The notes: a model not told the origin generated them from the letters alone. A stretch of 64,000 bases of DNA from a virus (IMGVR_UViG_3300032093_008018:18559-82558), one strand, 5' to 3'. Numbered from the stretch's first letter, positions 49,304-59,193 are shown. A program made the numbers and translations.

Positions 49304-51217
49304 TTAAGATGCCTTGCCTTCAGTTGCTGTAAAGGAAGCATCGATCACTTCACCATCAGTTGGCTGCGGTGCAGATTGTTCTGCTTTGGCAGCTTCGCGT
49401 TTGGCTTTAATTTTTTCAAACAAAGGTTTTGCAGCATCGGCTACATTGAAAGGACCTTTCTTAATTTCTTCAATGTCACTATTATCATTGACTAATTTTT
49501 CAGCAGCCTCTAGTGCATCTTCAATTATTTTCCATTCTTCTTCTGTAGCAAGATCTTTTTCTGCTTCTAATTCTCTGCGAATTGTATACAGTTCAGATAA
49601 TGCACCATTACGTGTTTCAATAACTTCACGTGCTTTTTTATCTTCTTCTGCATATTGTTCTGCTTCAGCGATCATACGTTTGATTTCATCTTCAGTAATG
49701 CCGCTATTAGCTTTAATGGTAATTTTATTTTCTTTACCAGTATTTTTGTCTTTGGCACTTACGCTTAAAATACCATTAGCATCAATATCAAATGTAACTT
49801 CAATTTGAGGCATACCACGTGGTGCTGGATCAATACCTTCAAGATTAAATTCGCCTAACAATTTGTTATGATGTGCCAATTCGCGTTCTCCTTGGAACAC
49901 ACGAATAGTAACAGCAGGTTGATTGTCATCAGCTGTACTGAAAATTTGATTTGCCTTAGTTGGAATAGTAGTATTCTTAGCAACCAGTTTGGCCATTACA
50001 CCGCCTACTGTTTCAATACCCAAAGTTAATGGAGTAACATCTAACAATAGGACATCTTTACGATCACCACCCAACACAGCACCTTGGATAGCAGCACCAA
50101 CTGCTACTGCTTCGTCTGGGTTAACATCTTTACGTGGCGCTTTTCCAAATAAACGTTCTACTTCTTCTTGTACCTTTGGCATGCGAGTTTGGCCGCCAAC
50201 TAGAATAACTTCGTCGATCTGATCTGCGGTAACTCCGGCATCTTTCATAGCAATACGACAAGGTTCTAATGAACGTTGAATTAAATCGTCAACTAACTGT
50301 TCCAATTTTGCCTTGGTAATTTTTACCACTAGATGTTTAGGACCACTAGCATCGGCAGTAATGTATGGAAGATTAACTTCAGTTTGTGTAGAATTAGATA
50401 ATTCAATCTTAGCTTTTTCAGCAGAGTCCTTAAGACGTTGTAGTGCCAACATATCTTTAGTTAGATCAATGCCTTGCTCTTTCTTAAATTCCTCAACCAG
50501 ATAATCCATAATGCGCTGGTCAAAGTCTTCACCGCCTAAGAATGTATCGCCGTTTGTTGACAATACTTCAATTTGTTTGTCGCCTTCGACGTTGGCAATC
50601 TCAATGATACTGATATCAAATGTGCCACCACCTAAGTCATACACCGCAATCTTACGATCAGCTTTGTCTGTCTTGTCAACACCGTAGCTTAATGCAGCCG
50701 CAGTAGGTTCGTTAATAATACGTAGAACTTCTAAGCCAGCGATTTGACCGGCATCTTTAGTTGCCTGTCTTTGACTATCATTGAAGTAAGCAGGCACTGT
50801 AATAACAGCCTGTGTAACTTCATGCCCTAAATAGTCCTCTGCAGTCTTTTTCATCTTGCGAAGAACTTCTGCAGACACCTGTGGAGGTGCCATTTCTTTT
50901 CCTTGTGCGCGAATCCAAGCATCACCATTTGTTGCCTTGACAATTTCATAAGGCATTAGGTCAATGTCCTTCTGAACAGCCTGTTCATTGAACTTACGTC
51001 CAATTAACCGCTTAGATGCATAAATTGTGTTTTTGGGATTAGTTACCGCCTGACGCTTTGCTGAAGCACCTACTAAAATATCGCTGTCTGTATAAGCAAC
51101 AATACTCGGAGTTGTTCTTGCGCCTTCTGAGTTTTCAATTACTTTGGATTTGCCGTTTTCAATAACAGCTACACATGAGTTTGTGGTACCCAAATCGATA
51201 CCGATGATTTTTGACAT
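49304..51217 (-). CDS. dnaK: Hsp70 chaperone DnaK (start at '[18 protein letters not shown]' with RBS AAGGAG)
   Basis: Canonical Hsp70 motifs throughout: 'IDLGTTNS', 'DLGGGTFD', '[11 protein letters not shown]'. Confidence 0.95.
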   Translation of the reverse strand: MSKIIGIDLGTTNSCVAVIENGKSKVIENSEGARTTPSIVAYTDSDILVGASAKRQAVTNPKNTIYASKRLIGRKFNEQAVQKDIDLMPYEIVKATNGDAWIRAQGKEMAPPQVSAEVLRKMKKTAEDYLGHEVTQAVITVPAYFNDSQRQATKDAGQIAGLEVLRIINEPTAAALSYGVDKTDKADRKIAVYDLGGGTFDISIIEIANVEGDKQIEVLSTNGDTFLGGEDFDQRIMDYLVEEFKKEQGIDLTKDMLALQRLKDSAEKAKIELSNSTQTEVNLPYITADASGPKHLVVKITKAKLEQLVDDLIQRSLEPCRIAMKDAGVTADQIDEVILVGGQTRMPKVQEEVERLFGKAPRKDVNPDEAVAVGAAIQGAVLGGDRKDVLLLDVTPLTLGIETVGGVMAKLVAKNTTIPTKANQIFSTADDNQPAVTIRVFQGERELAHHNKLLGEFNLEGIDPAPRGMPQIEVTFDIDANGILSVSAKDKNTGKENKITIKANSGITEDEIKRMIAEAEQYAEEDKKAREVIETRNGALSELYTIRRELEAEKDLATEEEWKIIEDALEAAEKLVNDNSDIEEIKKGPFNVADAAKPLFEKIKAKREAAKAEQSAPQPTDGEVIDASFTATEGKAS

Positions 51218-51298
51218 ATTTTTCTCCTTAAAAAGTAAGAATTTAATGAGCACTGAGCTCGTTACAATTAGCCCATTGGGTGCTAATTGCGTTTTTAT

Positions 51299-52378
51299 TT
51301 ATCTCGTAAAGACATCATTAAATTGCATATTGACCCTAATAAATGTAGTACATTTAGATAATTGTTTAAGACTTGCAGCACCTACATATGTGCAAGAACT
51401 ACGCAGTCCGCCCAACATATCCAAAATTGTACTTTGGACCGGGCCCTTATACGGTACTCTTACCGTACGTCCTTCTGATGAACGATATTCAGCTATGCCA
51501 CCATGATGCTTGTTCATAGCAGTATTTGAACTCATTCCATAGAATTCTACATATTTTTTAATTTCATAATCATTTGAAAACATATCTTTTTGAAGTTTTG
51601 AAAGTTCGTGCATTTCTTCAATAACTTCACCGCCGCCCTCATCATGACCGGCTAACATGCCTCCTAACATTACAAAGTCTGCTCCGGCGCCAAACGCCTT
51701 AGCAATGTCACCGGGACACACACAACCACCATCAGCAATAATATGGCCGCCGAGACCATGAGCAGCGTCAGCACACTCAATAATAGCACTGAGCTGAGGA
51801 TAACCGACGCCAGTTTGTATCCTAGTTGTACAAACACTGCCTGGACCAATGCCCACTTTGATAATATCTGCTCCACGTAAAATTAACTCCTGTGTCATGT
51901 CTGCGGTAACAACGTTACCTGCGATAATTGTGTGATTAGGAAATGCCTCACGCACTTCTTCTACATAGTCCCCGAAGTGTTCGCTATATCCATTTGCTAC
52001 ATCTATACAGATAAATTTTATTTCGGAATAAGAATTAAGTATGTTACTTAATCTTTCAAAGTCCTTTTCGGAAGTCCCTGTGCTTACTGCGAAATGATTG
52101 CCTCCTATATCTTGTACGGTTGTTTCAAAGTATACCGTACTGATATTCTTAACTAGGCAAGTGAACATTTTGTGTTGATATAGAGCATGAGCCATTTCTA
52201 GTGTACCAACACCGTCCATGTTACTGGCCATAATCGGAACTCCTGTCCACTCGGCGCGACTGTGTTTAAATTTGTAAGTCCTTGTTAAGTCAACTTCTTT
52301 GCGACTTGATAAAGTACTGCGCTTAGGACGAATAAGAACATCTTTGAAATCTAATTTGATTTCATCTTCGATTCTCAT
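51299..52378 (-). CDS. guaC: GMP reductase (IMPDH/GuaC family, no CBS insert)
   Basis: '[23 protein letters not shown]' matches the GuaC N-terminus. Catalytic loop '[11 protein letters not shown]'. Confidence 0.9.
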   Translation of the reverse strand: MRIEDEIKLDFKDVLIRPKRSTLSSRKEVDLTRTYKFKHSRAEWTGVPIMASNMDGVGTLEMAHALYQHKMFTCLVKNISTVYFETTVQDIGGNHFAVSTGTSEKDFERLSNILNSYSEIKFICIDVANGYSEHFGDYVEEVREAFPNHTIIAGNVVTADMTQELILRGADIIKVGIGPGSVCTTRIQTGVGYPQLSAIIECADAAHGLGGHIIADGGCVCPGDIAKAFGAGADFVMLGGMLAGHDEGGGEVIEEMHELSKLQKDMFSNDYEIKKYVEFYGMSSNTAMNKHHGGIAEYRSSEGRTVRVPYKGPVQSTILDMLGGLRSSCTYVGAASLKQLSKCTTFIRVNMQFNDVFTR

Positions 52379-52956
52379 CTTGAATCCTTTAATGGAGAAA
52401 GCAATTGGCCGTCTAATGTCGACGATGTTCGCAATCTACGGAAAACATTTTGCACACCAATTGCTTGATTATAAGAATCGTGTAACGCATGGTGAGCTAA
52501 TACTTCAGGGCGGTCTGGATTGATACCAAGATCAAAAATTGTTCTAGTATCTCTTACTTGCCAGAAACTCCAAGGGTAACCTTTTCCCATTTTGCGAAAT
52601 ACTGTTTCTAAAATAACAACGTCAAAGCCAGCACCGTGACTCCATACACGTTTAGCACCCCAACAGAATTTATAAAGTTGATTCATAGCACTAACAATAT
52701 CAACTCTACCTTCGGTTCCAAATGCTTCGTCTTGAGCTGCTTGACTTTGTTTTGCCCACCATTCAAGAGTATCTTGTGATGTAGCTAATCCTAACCGATC
52801 ACAACTGTCAATATCTACACGTAGATAAAAACTTTCCATTGCTGGTTCTTTTAATTCTTGCCCAAACGGATCAAATTTCACTGCGCCAATACTTAAAATT
52901 GCAGCATCAGGAGTGGTGGCAAGGGTTTCGAGGTCTATCATTATATCTGAGTTCAT
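52375..52956 (-). CDS. DEDDh-family 3'-5' exonuclease
   Basis: Exo I 'MIDLETL'. Exo III '[10 protein letters not shown]'. 4-nt overlap with guaC. Confidence 0.65.
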   Translation of the reverse strand: MNSDIMIDLETLATTPDAAILSIGAVKFDPFGQELKEPAMESFYLRVDIDSCDRLGLATSQDTLEWWAKQSQAAQDEAFGTEGRVDIVSAMNQLYKFCWGAKRVWSHGAGFDVVILETVFRKMGKGYPWSFWQVRDTRTIFDLGINPDRPEVLAHHALHDSYNQAIGVQNVFRRLRTSSTLDGQLLSPLKDSR

Positions 52957-52962
52957 AGTACT

Positions 52963-52991
52963 ATTATAAACTACTTTCTTTCAGATGTCAA
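52963..52991 (-). promoter_or_regulatory. Perfect sigma70-consensus promoter TTGACA-N17-TATAAT, 6 nt upstream of the exonuclease ATG (leaderless mRNA predicted)
   Basis: Minus-strand read: TTGACATCTGAAAGAAAGTAGTTTATAATAGTACT-ATG. The -35 element overlaps the S21 stop codon. Confidence 0.5.
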
Positions 52992-53227
52992 TAGAGTTTA
53001 GGTGGTAATTCTTGTGAACGTAATTGTTTGCGCCAACGTGCCTTAGCCGCTGATTTTTTACGCTTACGTTCTGTAGTAGGTTTTTCGTAAAATTCTTTTT
53101 TACGGAGGGTGTCAAGTGTGCCGGATTCTTCTATTTTTTTCTTAAAACGTCTAAGAGCACGATTAATATCTTCGCCATCTTTAACTGTAACTACACTACC
53201 AGAAGGTTTATTCGTAAATTTGTTCAT
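52988..53227 (-). CDS. rpsU: Ribosomal protein S21
   Basis: 'INRALRRFKKKIEESGTLDTLRKKEFYEKPTTERKRKKSAAKARWRK' matches bacterial S21. Confidence 0.85.
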   Translation of the reverse strand: MNKFTNKPSGSVVTVKDGEDINRALRRFKKKIEESGTLDTLRKKEFYEKPTTERKRKKSAAKARWRKQLRSQELPPKLY

Positions 53228-53600
53228 ATTTCCTGATATATTCTAATAAAGTATCTTTAAAATCTGTTGCATCATATATATCTCTAATATTTACGAGAGA
53301 TAAATTTCTGAGAGGACCAAAATAAAACGAATTTGGTTGTGCAGCTAGATATCCATTTATCTCTCCACATTCTGTACTTGCATTAAAGACAATTAGATTA
53401 CTTTTTGTCTTTTTATCAAATAACCATTTTTCGTCATCTCCATCGTTCCAAACATATACAACAGTGTCAACTATATATTCCATATCATTTACGATGTCAG
53501 AAAGAAACTGTGTTTGATCTACGGTTAGATTTACGCACAATATTCTAAAAGCATCTACCAGTATATCATCTGGCTCAGTAACCAAAGTAATTTTATTCAT
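53208..53600 (-). CDS. Hypothetical protein
   Basis: 130-aa ORF. Confidence 0.4.
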   Translation of the reverse strand: MNKITLVTEPDDILVDAFRILCVNLTVDQTQFLSDIVNDMEYIVDTVVYVWNDGDDEKWLFDKKTKSNLIVFNASTECGEINGYLAAQPNSFYFGPLRNLSLVNIRDIYDATDFKDTLLEYIRKYEQIYE

Positions 53601-53971
53601 TAGATTTTAGATAATACTTCTGCAACGATTTCAGCATCTTCGACTGACAAGTCTTCCGGTTTTATTTCACGAGACCGCAATTTTTTAATAAACGTCATAA
53701 TTCTAATTAGCTCGGGATCTTCTTCATTATAAATTTCTAGATCCAAAGAACTTAAATTGTCTTTGTTTAGATTTCTATATATTCTATCGCGTGGGGTAAA
53801 GTTATCTTCTACTGGTTGTCTTTCTTTAATTTTTTTCCAAACTGTAGAATTGCTTTGTTCGCTGTTCTGTTGATAGCCTTCTATTCTAAGCGGCTCTTTT
53901 TGACCTGTTCCTTGCCTTCCTTCTCGAACCAAGTCAACTCTTTTTTTTTGGTCTCTTCTTCGTCCGCCCAC
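53600..53971 (-). CDS. Hypothetical basic/acidic protein
   Basis: 123-aa ORF. Overlaps the upstream gene's end, so the start is uncertain. Confidence 0.3.
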   Translation of the reverse strand: MGGRRRDQKKRVDLVREGRQGTGQKEPLRIEGYQQNSEQSNSTVWKKIKERQPVEDNFTPRDRIYRNLNKDNLSSLDLEIYNEEDPELIRIMTFIKKLRSREIKPEDLSVEDAEIVAEVLSKI

Positions 53972-55200
53972 TCTTTAGCTTTTTCGGCTTCTTCAGTTTG
54001 AGGATTTTCCTCAGCCCATTTCTTAGCTTCTTCAGTTGCAATTAGTTCTTCTTTAAGCCTGTTGGCTTCTTCCTCTGCAGCTTTCTCTGCCTCCTCAATC
54101 ATTTTATTCCATTGATCAATAGGCATTGGAGTTTCTTCCAATTCTTCTACTTTTTCTTTAACACGATTTTCAGCTTTTTTCAAAAAATCTGGAGTATCTA
54201 AAGGATTAACTGTTGCATCCGGAAATGGATCTACATTGTTAGGTTTTTCTGTCGCAACTTTTTCTAGATCAATAGATTCATTATGACGATCTTCGGCTTC
54301 AACAAGAGTATCTATCTTAGCAGGAAATGGCCAAGGTGCTGGAGGTACTTCAGGTGGAAGTACCGGACCTTTTACTCCATTAGAAAAGTCATACTCATCG
54401 TGCATTTCATCGTTGACTTTTTTCTGTTCGCGATTCCACTGGAATGTCATTTGTGCTGCCAACAACATGATAACTGCCAATGGATCAAACACAATAACAA
54501 TAAGGATAATTACCCAGGTAACAGCTTTCTCTAGCATGTTTACATCGGCACCTTTATCACCGTAGATAAACTTAGCAATATATTTTAGAGGGCCAACTTC
54601 TGCTTCTACTTTACGAACTTCTGCTGCAATTGGAGAACGTTCTGCTTGTAACTGAGAAATATTTTTTTGAGCTTTGGCAATATCTGCTTGCAATGCTGCA
54701 CGTTCTTTTGCTTGATTACGACGAATTTGTACAGCACGTTCTGCTCCTCGATCAGTGTCTGTACGACCCAACATTTGATCAACTTGTGCATCCATTTGGC
54801 TCAAAGCTTTCTTGGCTGCGTCTATGTTATCTCGTTCTGTTTTAATTTTTTCGTCATACACAGCAATCTTACTTTGTACATCGCCGCTGACTAAATTTTG
54901 ATCGGTATGTGCCTTTGACAGAAATCCAAAGATACCCATAGAAGTAATAATCATCAATACTACTACAGAAATACTCATGTAGTATTTCATAAAACGTGGA
55001 GCACGTTCCCAGTTGGCTTTTAACCAGCTGGCGCAAACTAGTTTGGCAACCTCTAACGTTGTTCCCATAATATAGATAGGAATAACAGCCGCAGAGAAAA
55101 TAGCGGCCAAACCAACTACTGAGTAGTAGATTGCGACCGCTGAAATTGTTAAACCAGTTAGTAGTAGTAGATAGGCTAGTAGCATTAAGCTATTATGCAT
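53881..55200 (-). CDS. Membrane protein with N-terminal TM helices and long acidic coiled-coil tail
   Basis: 3-4 hydrophobic helices, then a Glu/Lys-rich coiled coil. Confidence 0.45.
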   Translation of the reverse strand: MHNSLMLLAYLLLLTGLTISAVAIYYSVVGLAAIFSAAVIPIYIMGTTLEVAKLVCASWLKANWERAPRFMKYYMSISVVVLMIITSMGIFGFLSKAHTDQNLVSGDVQSKIAVYDEKIKTERDNIDAAKKALSQMDAQVDQMLGRTDTDRGAERAVQIRRNQAKERAALQADIAKAQKNISQLQAERSPIAAEVRKVEAEVGPLKYIAKFIYGDKGADVNMLEKAVTWVIILIVIVFDPLAVIMLLAAQMTFQWNREQKKVNDEMHDEYDFSNGVKGPVLPPEVPPAPWPFPAKIDTLVEAEDRHNESIDLEKVATEKPNNVDPFPDATVNPLDTPDFLKKAENRVKEKVEELEETPMPIDQWNKMIEEAEKAAEEEANRLKEELIATEEAKKWAEENPQTEEAEKAKEWADEEETKKKELTWFEKEGKEQVKKSRLE

Positions 55201-55888
55201 TCACCAAGGTAACTGTGTCAACCAGTGTCACTGTCACATCAGTATGAGCAACCTTTGGAGTTACTGGGGATGCAACTGTAACCGTTTCTTGACCACCACC
55301 GATGCCGTCATAAACTCTAGCAGACTTTTGAAATACGTCTGTTGATGAATTAACAGCAGTAGAAACGTTAGTTAGATAATCGGCATATCCTTTAGTAATA
55401 CCACGAACTATCATTTCTTTAACAGCTAATGCAGTTGTGGTACAACTAGTTGCACTGCCAAGAGTTTCATGATCAGTCATTTTGGCTGCTCCACCGGAAA
55501 TTCTTCCCTCGGCAATTAACTGAGCTTGAACACCAGGCAATACAAATGCATCACGATCATATCTAACTGTGAAAGAAAGTGCAGTAGTAACATCATCTGC
55601 TACATCTAGAGTTGATGGGCCTGCTTCTGTAGCAGTAACATCTAAAATTTGGCAATCACTGTGCTTTGACAGGTTGCTGATAATTGCTTCCCAACGTAAG
55701 TTACCTCTAGCACGACGTCTTGAATTTGCTAAAGTTGTGTTCATTGTTGCGAAAGAATCGCCGCTATCAGGTTCAACACTACCCGAAGTCGTATTAGCGG
55801 CTGTGGAATCATAACCACTAAGATCAATAGTTACTCTATAAAAATTAGGACTTAGTTGGTTTGTGTCTTGTTGGAATCCTGAGGCCAT
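55193..55888 (-). CDS. Hypothetical protein (possibly structural; locally higher GC)
   Basis: 231 aa, Thr/Ser/Val-rich. No motif recognised. Confidence 0.4.
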   Translation of the reverse strand: MASGFQQDTNQLSPNFYRVTIDLSGYDSTAANTTSGSVEPDSGDSFATMNTTLANSRRRARGNLRWEAIISNLSKHSDCQILDVTATEAGPSTLDVADDVTTALSFTVRYDRDAFVLPGVQAQLIAEGRISGGAAKMTDHETLGSATSCTTTALAVKEMIVRGITKGYADYLTNVSTAVNSSTDVFQKSARVYDGIGGGQETVTVASPVTPKVAHTDVTVTLVDTVTLVNA

Positions 55889-55912
55889 AAAAATATCTCC
55901 TTAATGTTATAT

Positions 55913-56344
55913 TTATTCATTGACCCACATCCACCTGTCGTTTGTCTTATTATAACAGGCCGTATTTTTTAGGCGTTTTTCAGTTTCATGGGCAATTACT
56001 CTAATATATATCCTTCTGCAATAACCATTGCCTGAGGGATATGTCATAATTGGGGTAGATTCGCCGCTGGCATTTCCTCTAAACCAACGTACACTTTGCC
56101 CATTATCTGCGTACATTATCGCATGGGTTATGCTTTGGTGATAAGCTACACTTTCTTCAGTTGATAGTGTTTTAAACCATCCAAAACTAAGATCAGAAAG
56201 ACGATTTATAAAATCACCACCTGAATATTCAAAAAATTTAGGATTATTAAAATCAGATGCTAATGCATTACTGAACATTAATGATTTCCCAATTACGACC
56301 GTCAAAACAACTAATCGCACGATACGGAACATCTTTGCCTCCAA
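55913..56344 (-). CDS. Secreted hypothetical protein
   Basis: Signal peptide 'LVVLTVVIGKSLMFSNALA'. Confidence 0.4.
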   Translation of the reverse strand: MEAKMFRIVRLVVLTVVIGKSLMFSNALASDFNNPKFFEYSGGDFINRLSDLSFGWFKTLSTEESVAYHQSITHAIMYADNGQSVRWFRGNASGESTPIMTYPSGNGYCRRIYIRVIAHETEKRLKNTACYNKTNDRWMWVNE

Positions 56345-56582
56345 CTTTCATATAACTAGTAAAATAACCACAATTGTCCGCCATACCTAGACGTTTTGAA
56401 GTTACACGTTCAACCTGATCATCAGTACATTTGACAGTAGTCTCACTATTAACAGTATCACCGTTCTTAGATTTTATTGTTTGATAAGTGTGACAATACT
56501 GCGGCTTTTCGGCTGCAATTTTAGGGGCAGAACTACAGCCCGCTAAAATTACAGCGGTAGCAGCAATAATCAATAATTTCAT
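56268..56582 (-). CDS. Lipoprotein
   Basis: Lipobox 'AVILAGCSS'. Confidence 0.45.
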   Translation of the reverse strand: MKLLIIAATAVILAGCSSAPKIAAEKPQYCHTYQTIKSKNGDTVNSETTVKCTDDQVERVTSKRLGMADNCGYFTSYMKVGGKDVPYRAISCFDGRNWEIINVQ

Positions 56583-57058
56583 TATTGTGCTTTCTGTTTA
56601 GCTTCGTTCATCAATTGTTCAAATGTAGACTTTTTCATTTCAAGCCGTACATAAGTGTAGTGGCGTCCATTCATCGTAAAGTGGCCTTTTTCGGTCTTGA
56701 CGTGACGACGAATAGCAGTATCAGTAACTTTGTAAGAAATCAGTGTACGAGTAGTTTTCTTATCGTCTTTGATATCAATTACAGTTTCAGAGTTTACTGT
56801 ACCATTAATGCGTTTTGCAAAGTTATTCATTGCAATTGCATCCATTTGCTCTTCAGCAGCCTGTGCGTATGCTGATTCACCTGCACCGCAGGCATAGACA
56901 TAGTCTTCTTTCCACCAGAACCAGCCTTTGATGCCTTCTTGTGCGCAATCCTGATACCAACTAGGTTGAGCATAAGTTTTACGTTCTGGAATATCTTTCA
57001 TAGACGAACAGCCTGTAATAGCCGCTGCCATTAAGCCTACTAAAATTGCCTTTTTCAT
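56582..57058 (-). CDS. Lipoprotein (start moved to 'MKKAILVGLMAAAITGCSS' with RBS)
   Basis: Lipobox 'ITGCSS'. RBS AGAAAGAGG upstream of the internal ATG. Confidence 0.45.
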   Translation of the reverse strand: MKKAILVGLMAAAITGCSSMKDIPERKTYAQPSWYQDCAQEGIKGWFWWKEDYVYACGAGESAYAQAAEEQMDAIAMNNFAKRINGTVNSETVIDIKDDKKTTRTLISYKVTDTAIRRHVKTEKGHFTMNGRHYTYVRLEMKKSTFEQLMNEAKQKAQ

Positions 57059-57139
57059 AATGCCTCTTTCTGTGTGTGTTAAGACAGTTACTAATATAAC
57101 ACCGCAGTCGACCAAAGTCAACTACGGTGATTACCAAAA

Positions 57140-57451
57140 TTACTTAAAGAAAATCAGTGACATGAATACAGCTTGAAGAATAAAACCAAATCCAATTGTT
57201 GCTACATTGAGCATGTCTTTGATTAACACGGCTCTAAAGAACAACAAGGTTAGTCCACCCCAAACCATTAGAATGATATCAACGCCAGGTAGCTTGTCAG
57301 TTAATCCCATCATAACTGCAAGAAACGTTGGCAAGGTTGATGCATGAATCACAATAGTAGCTAACCAACCCAAAGCTTCGCTACTGATGTGACTTAATTT
57401 GGTAGATAAAAATTCTCTGCATTTATTAAACAACAACTCAAACTTTTCCAT
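57140..57451 (-). CDS. Small 3-TM membrane protein (holin-like candidate)
   Basis: Three hydrophobic helices. Located next to the SleB-type hydrolase. Confidence 0.4.
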   Translation of the reverse strand: MEKFELLFNKCREFLSTKLSHISSEALGWLATIVIHASTLPTFLAVMMGLTDKLPGVDIILMVWGGLTLLFFRAVLIKDMLNVATIGFGFILQAVFMSLIFFK

Positions 57452-57460
57452 TCTTAATCC

Positions 57461-58000
57461 TTATTTGTAAAATATATGACGACCAATTTTGCCAATCTTT
57501 TCTCTACCCCATTGAGGGTTCACGTAATCAGCATGATAATACATGGCTTCTTTCATAACGTCAAGTCTAAAGTTTTCTAACAATACTTTTTTAGCAACAC
57601 GATATGATTCGTCGTACATTTCTTTGCTACGAATTGGTTTGCTTTTACCGTGACCTTCGCAGTACCAACTAAATTGGCAAACTACTTTTTCATAGAAAAC
57701 ATTCTTTTGGTATATAACACCGCAAATATCATTTGGGAATTTGCCGCTGGATGCACGGTTCATTGTAACCTGTGCTACCGCAACTTTACCCTCAAATGGT
57801 TCGCTGGCCGCTTCGTGATAGATATTTCTAGCCAAGCAATCTAACTGACGCTCACGTTCACGAATTGTGACAACATCAGAATAAGAAACTCCTGCTGTCT
57901 GTTTTAATTGATTTAGTTTTACGGCTGTAACAGCTTTAATAGACATTACTGTTAGTACTAACCCAATAATCAAAATTATAGGTTTTATTACTTTTTCCAT
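57461..58000 (-). CDS. Cell-wall hydrolase, SleB family (candidate endolysin)
   Basis: 'LARNIYHEAASEPFEGKVAVAQVTMNRASSGKFPNDICGVIYQKN...FSW' matches the SleB catalytic domain. N-terminal TM/signal segment. Confidence 0.8.
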   Translation of the reverse strand: MEKVIKPIILIIGLVLTVMSIKAVTAVKLNQLKQTAGVSYSDVVTIRERERQLDCLARNIYHEAASEPFEGKVAVAQVTMNRASSGKFPNDICGVIYQKNVFYEKVVCQFSWYCEGHGKSKPIRSKEMYDESYRVAKKVLLENFRLDVMKEAMYYHADYVNPQWGREKIGKIGRHIFYK

Positions 58001-58300
58001 TTTGTATCTCCTTTCATTTGGTGTAATACGAACTTCATATTACATTACATTAAGGGAGTAAACTTCACGAGGCTCTAAATGAAGAACCCTGGGTTCGTGT
58101 AGTTGTCTCCATTGGACGCACAATCTCATAACTTGTGTGCCTTTGGAGCCTTGACCGCCCGAATCTCACGGGTTTCCAATTGGCCAAGACTCGCGGAACC
58201 GTTTCAGCTTTTGACATACTTTGGTTCTACTATCTTAGTTTCTTTGCGAAACGTATTTTTATATAGCATATATCACTCATTTTGGTACTAAAATGTGGTA

Positions 58301-58672
58301 TTATCGCCTCATTTTGGCAATTTCTACAGCTTCTTCGTCTGAAAAAATTGGAACAGCATTACTTTTATGCATAGTGCCAATACCTTTAACTTTTGTACCA
58401 GTATAAACTTTCTGCTCTGGTTTAGTACAAGGTCCAGCAGTAAAAGGAAGACTAGGAATCTTTGGAGTCTCTCTTATAGGTGCTGATTTGGCCTTTAATG
58501 GTTCAAATTTTTTCTGTTTACTAGTTTTTGGCACATCATACTTTTCTAACAACGACTGCCAAGAATCTTGTAACTCGCGAGACTTACGTGCTTCTTCAGC
58601 ATTACGAAATTTACGTTTGCTTTTTTTCTTGCCTGTGGTACTGAGCCACGGACCTTCCAAATGCATACTCAA
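58301..58672 (-). CDS. Hypothetical Lys-rich protein
   Basis: 123-aa ORF. Confidence 0.35.
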   Translation of the reverse strand: MSMHLEGPWLSTTGKKKSKRKFRNAEEARKSRELQDSWQSLLEKYDVPKTSKQKKFEPLKAKSAPIRETPKIPSLPFTAGPCTKPEQKVYTGTKVKGIGTMHKSNAVPIFSDEEAVEIAKMRR

Positions 58673-58732
58673 AGTATATCTCCAAAATTAGTTACTGAGC
58701 ATATAGTATAACATATTTGCAATAAAAGTCAA

Positions 58733-58761
58733 GAAAAAACCCGCCGGAGCGGGTTTTGATT
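58733..58761 (-). terminator. Bidirectional Rho-independent terminator immediately 3' of the pqqA-like gene
   Basis: AAAAAA-CCCGC-CGGA-GCGGG-TTTT(GATTTTTG). Confidence 0.65.
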
Positions 58762-58775
58762 TTTGATACTATGTA

Positions 58776-58847
58776 TTAGCGATTAGCGATGTACATAGTG
58801 ATCTCAAAACCATAACGCATCTCGGTTGCTTCTGGCTTGGTCCACAT
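58776..58847 (-). CDS. pqqA: PqqA-like precursor peptide (23 aa, not in the ORF track)
   Basis: '[23 protein letters not shown]' matches my recollection of PqqA ('MWTKPA.TDLRIGFEVTMYF..R'), including the conserved Glu and Tyr. RBS AAAGGAGAA lies 5 nt upstream. Confidence 0.7.
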   Translation of the reverse strand: MWTKPEATEMRYGFEITMYIANR

Positions 58848-58955
58848 AATGCTTCTCCTTTTTAACAACAATAAAAACATACTATTGCAACAGTATGTAT
58901 CTGCATTATATGATAAAAACTACCAGAAAACCATAGTGAAATTCATTAAAATAGG

Positions 58956-59135
58956 CTAATTGATCTGTTTACCCCACTCAATTTTTAGCCAAAATCGTTC
59001 ATGTATGTAGTGGGCAACAGTCATAAAAATATTAATAACGATAGCTCCTGCCAATCCTGTCCATGCCGCAGTTATAAGAGTTGCGGTAATTCTCCATGTA
59101 ATTGCTCGTGTTAGTGTTCGTTTGTGTGTTTCCAT
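58956..59135 (-). CDS. DUF2061-like small membrane protein (59 aa, not in the ORF track)
   Basis: 'METHKRTLTRAITWRITATLITAAWTGLAGAIVINIFMTVAHYIHERFW' resembles the 'METHKRS..KAI.WR' DUF2061 signature recalled from memory. Confidence 0.45.
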   Translation of the reverse strand: METHKRTLTRAITWRITATLITAAWTGLAGAIVINIFMTVAHYIHERFWLKIEWGKQIN

Positions 59136-59145
59136 TTAGTGTGTC

Positions 59146-59168
59146 CAAAAAAAAGCCCCATTAGATGG
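59146..59168 (-). terminator. Rho-independent terminator downstream of the porin gene
   Basis: Minus-strand read: GCCCCATCTAATGGGGC followed by TTTTTTTT. Confidence 0.6.
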
Positions 59169-59193
59169 GGCATTATAAATGCCAAGTTATTTA

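Noticed and set aside
49314-50504. Several 60-160-aa ORFs antisense to dnaK, and similar nested ORFs at 35..346, 917..1102, 6463..6720, 7086..7268 and 17249..17865
   Set aside because: They are nested inside confidently identified genes on the opposite strand and have no RBS and no motifs. Treated as non-coding.
51266-51288. Palindrome upstream of dnaK considered as a CIRCE element
   Set aside because: Arms TTAGC/GCTAA resemble CIRCE, but the spacing and length (7-9-7) do not match TTAGCACTC-N9-GAGTGCTAA. Reported instead as a distinct shared element.
58021-58300. 300-bp intergenic region with GGGTTCG-like and GC-rich segments, considered as a tRNA/tmRNA/ncRNA gene
   Set aside because: No cloverleaf could be folded: no acceptor/T-arm pairing and no CCA context. 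The 62-aa plus-strand ORF here has no RBS. Probably a promoter or UTR region. A structured RNA is not excluded.

No tRNA genes were recognised in the window.
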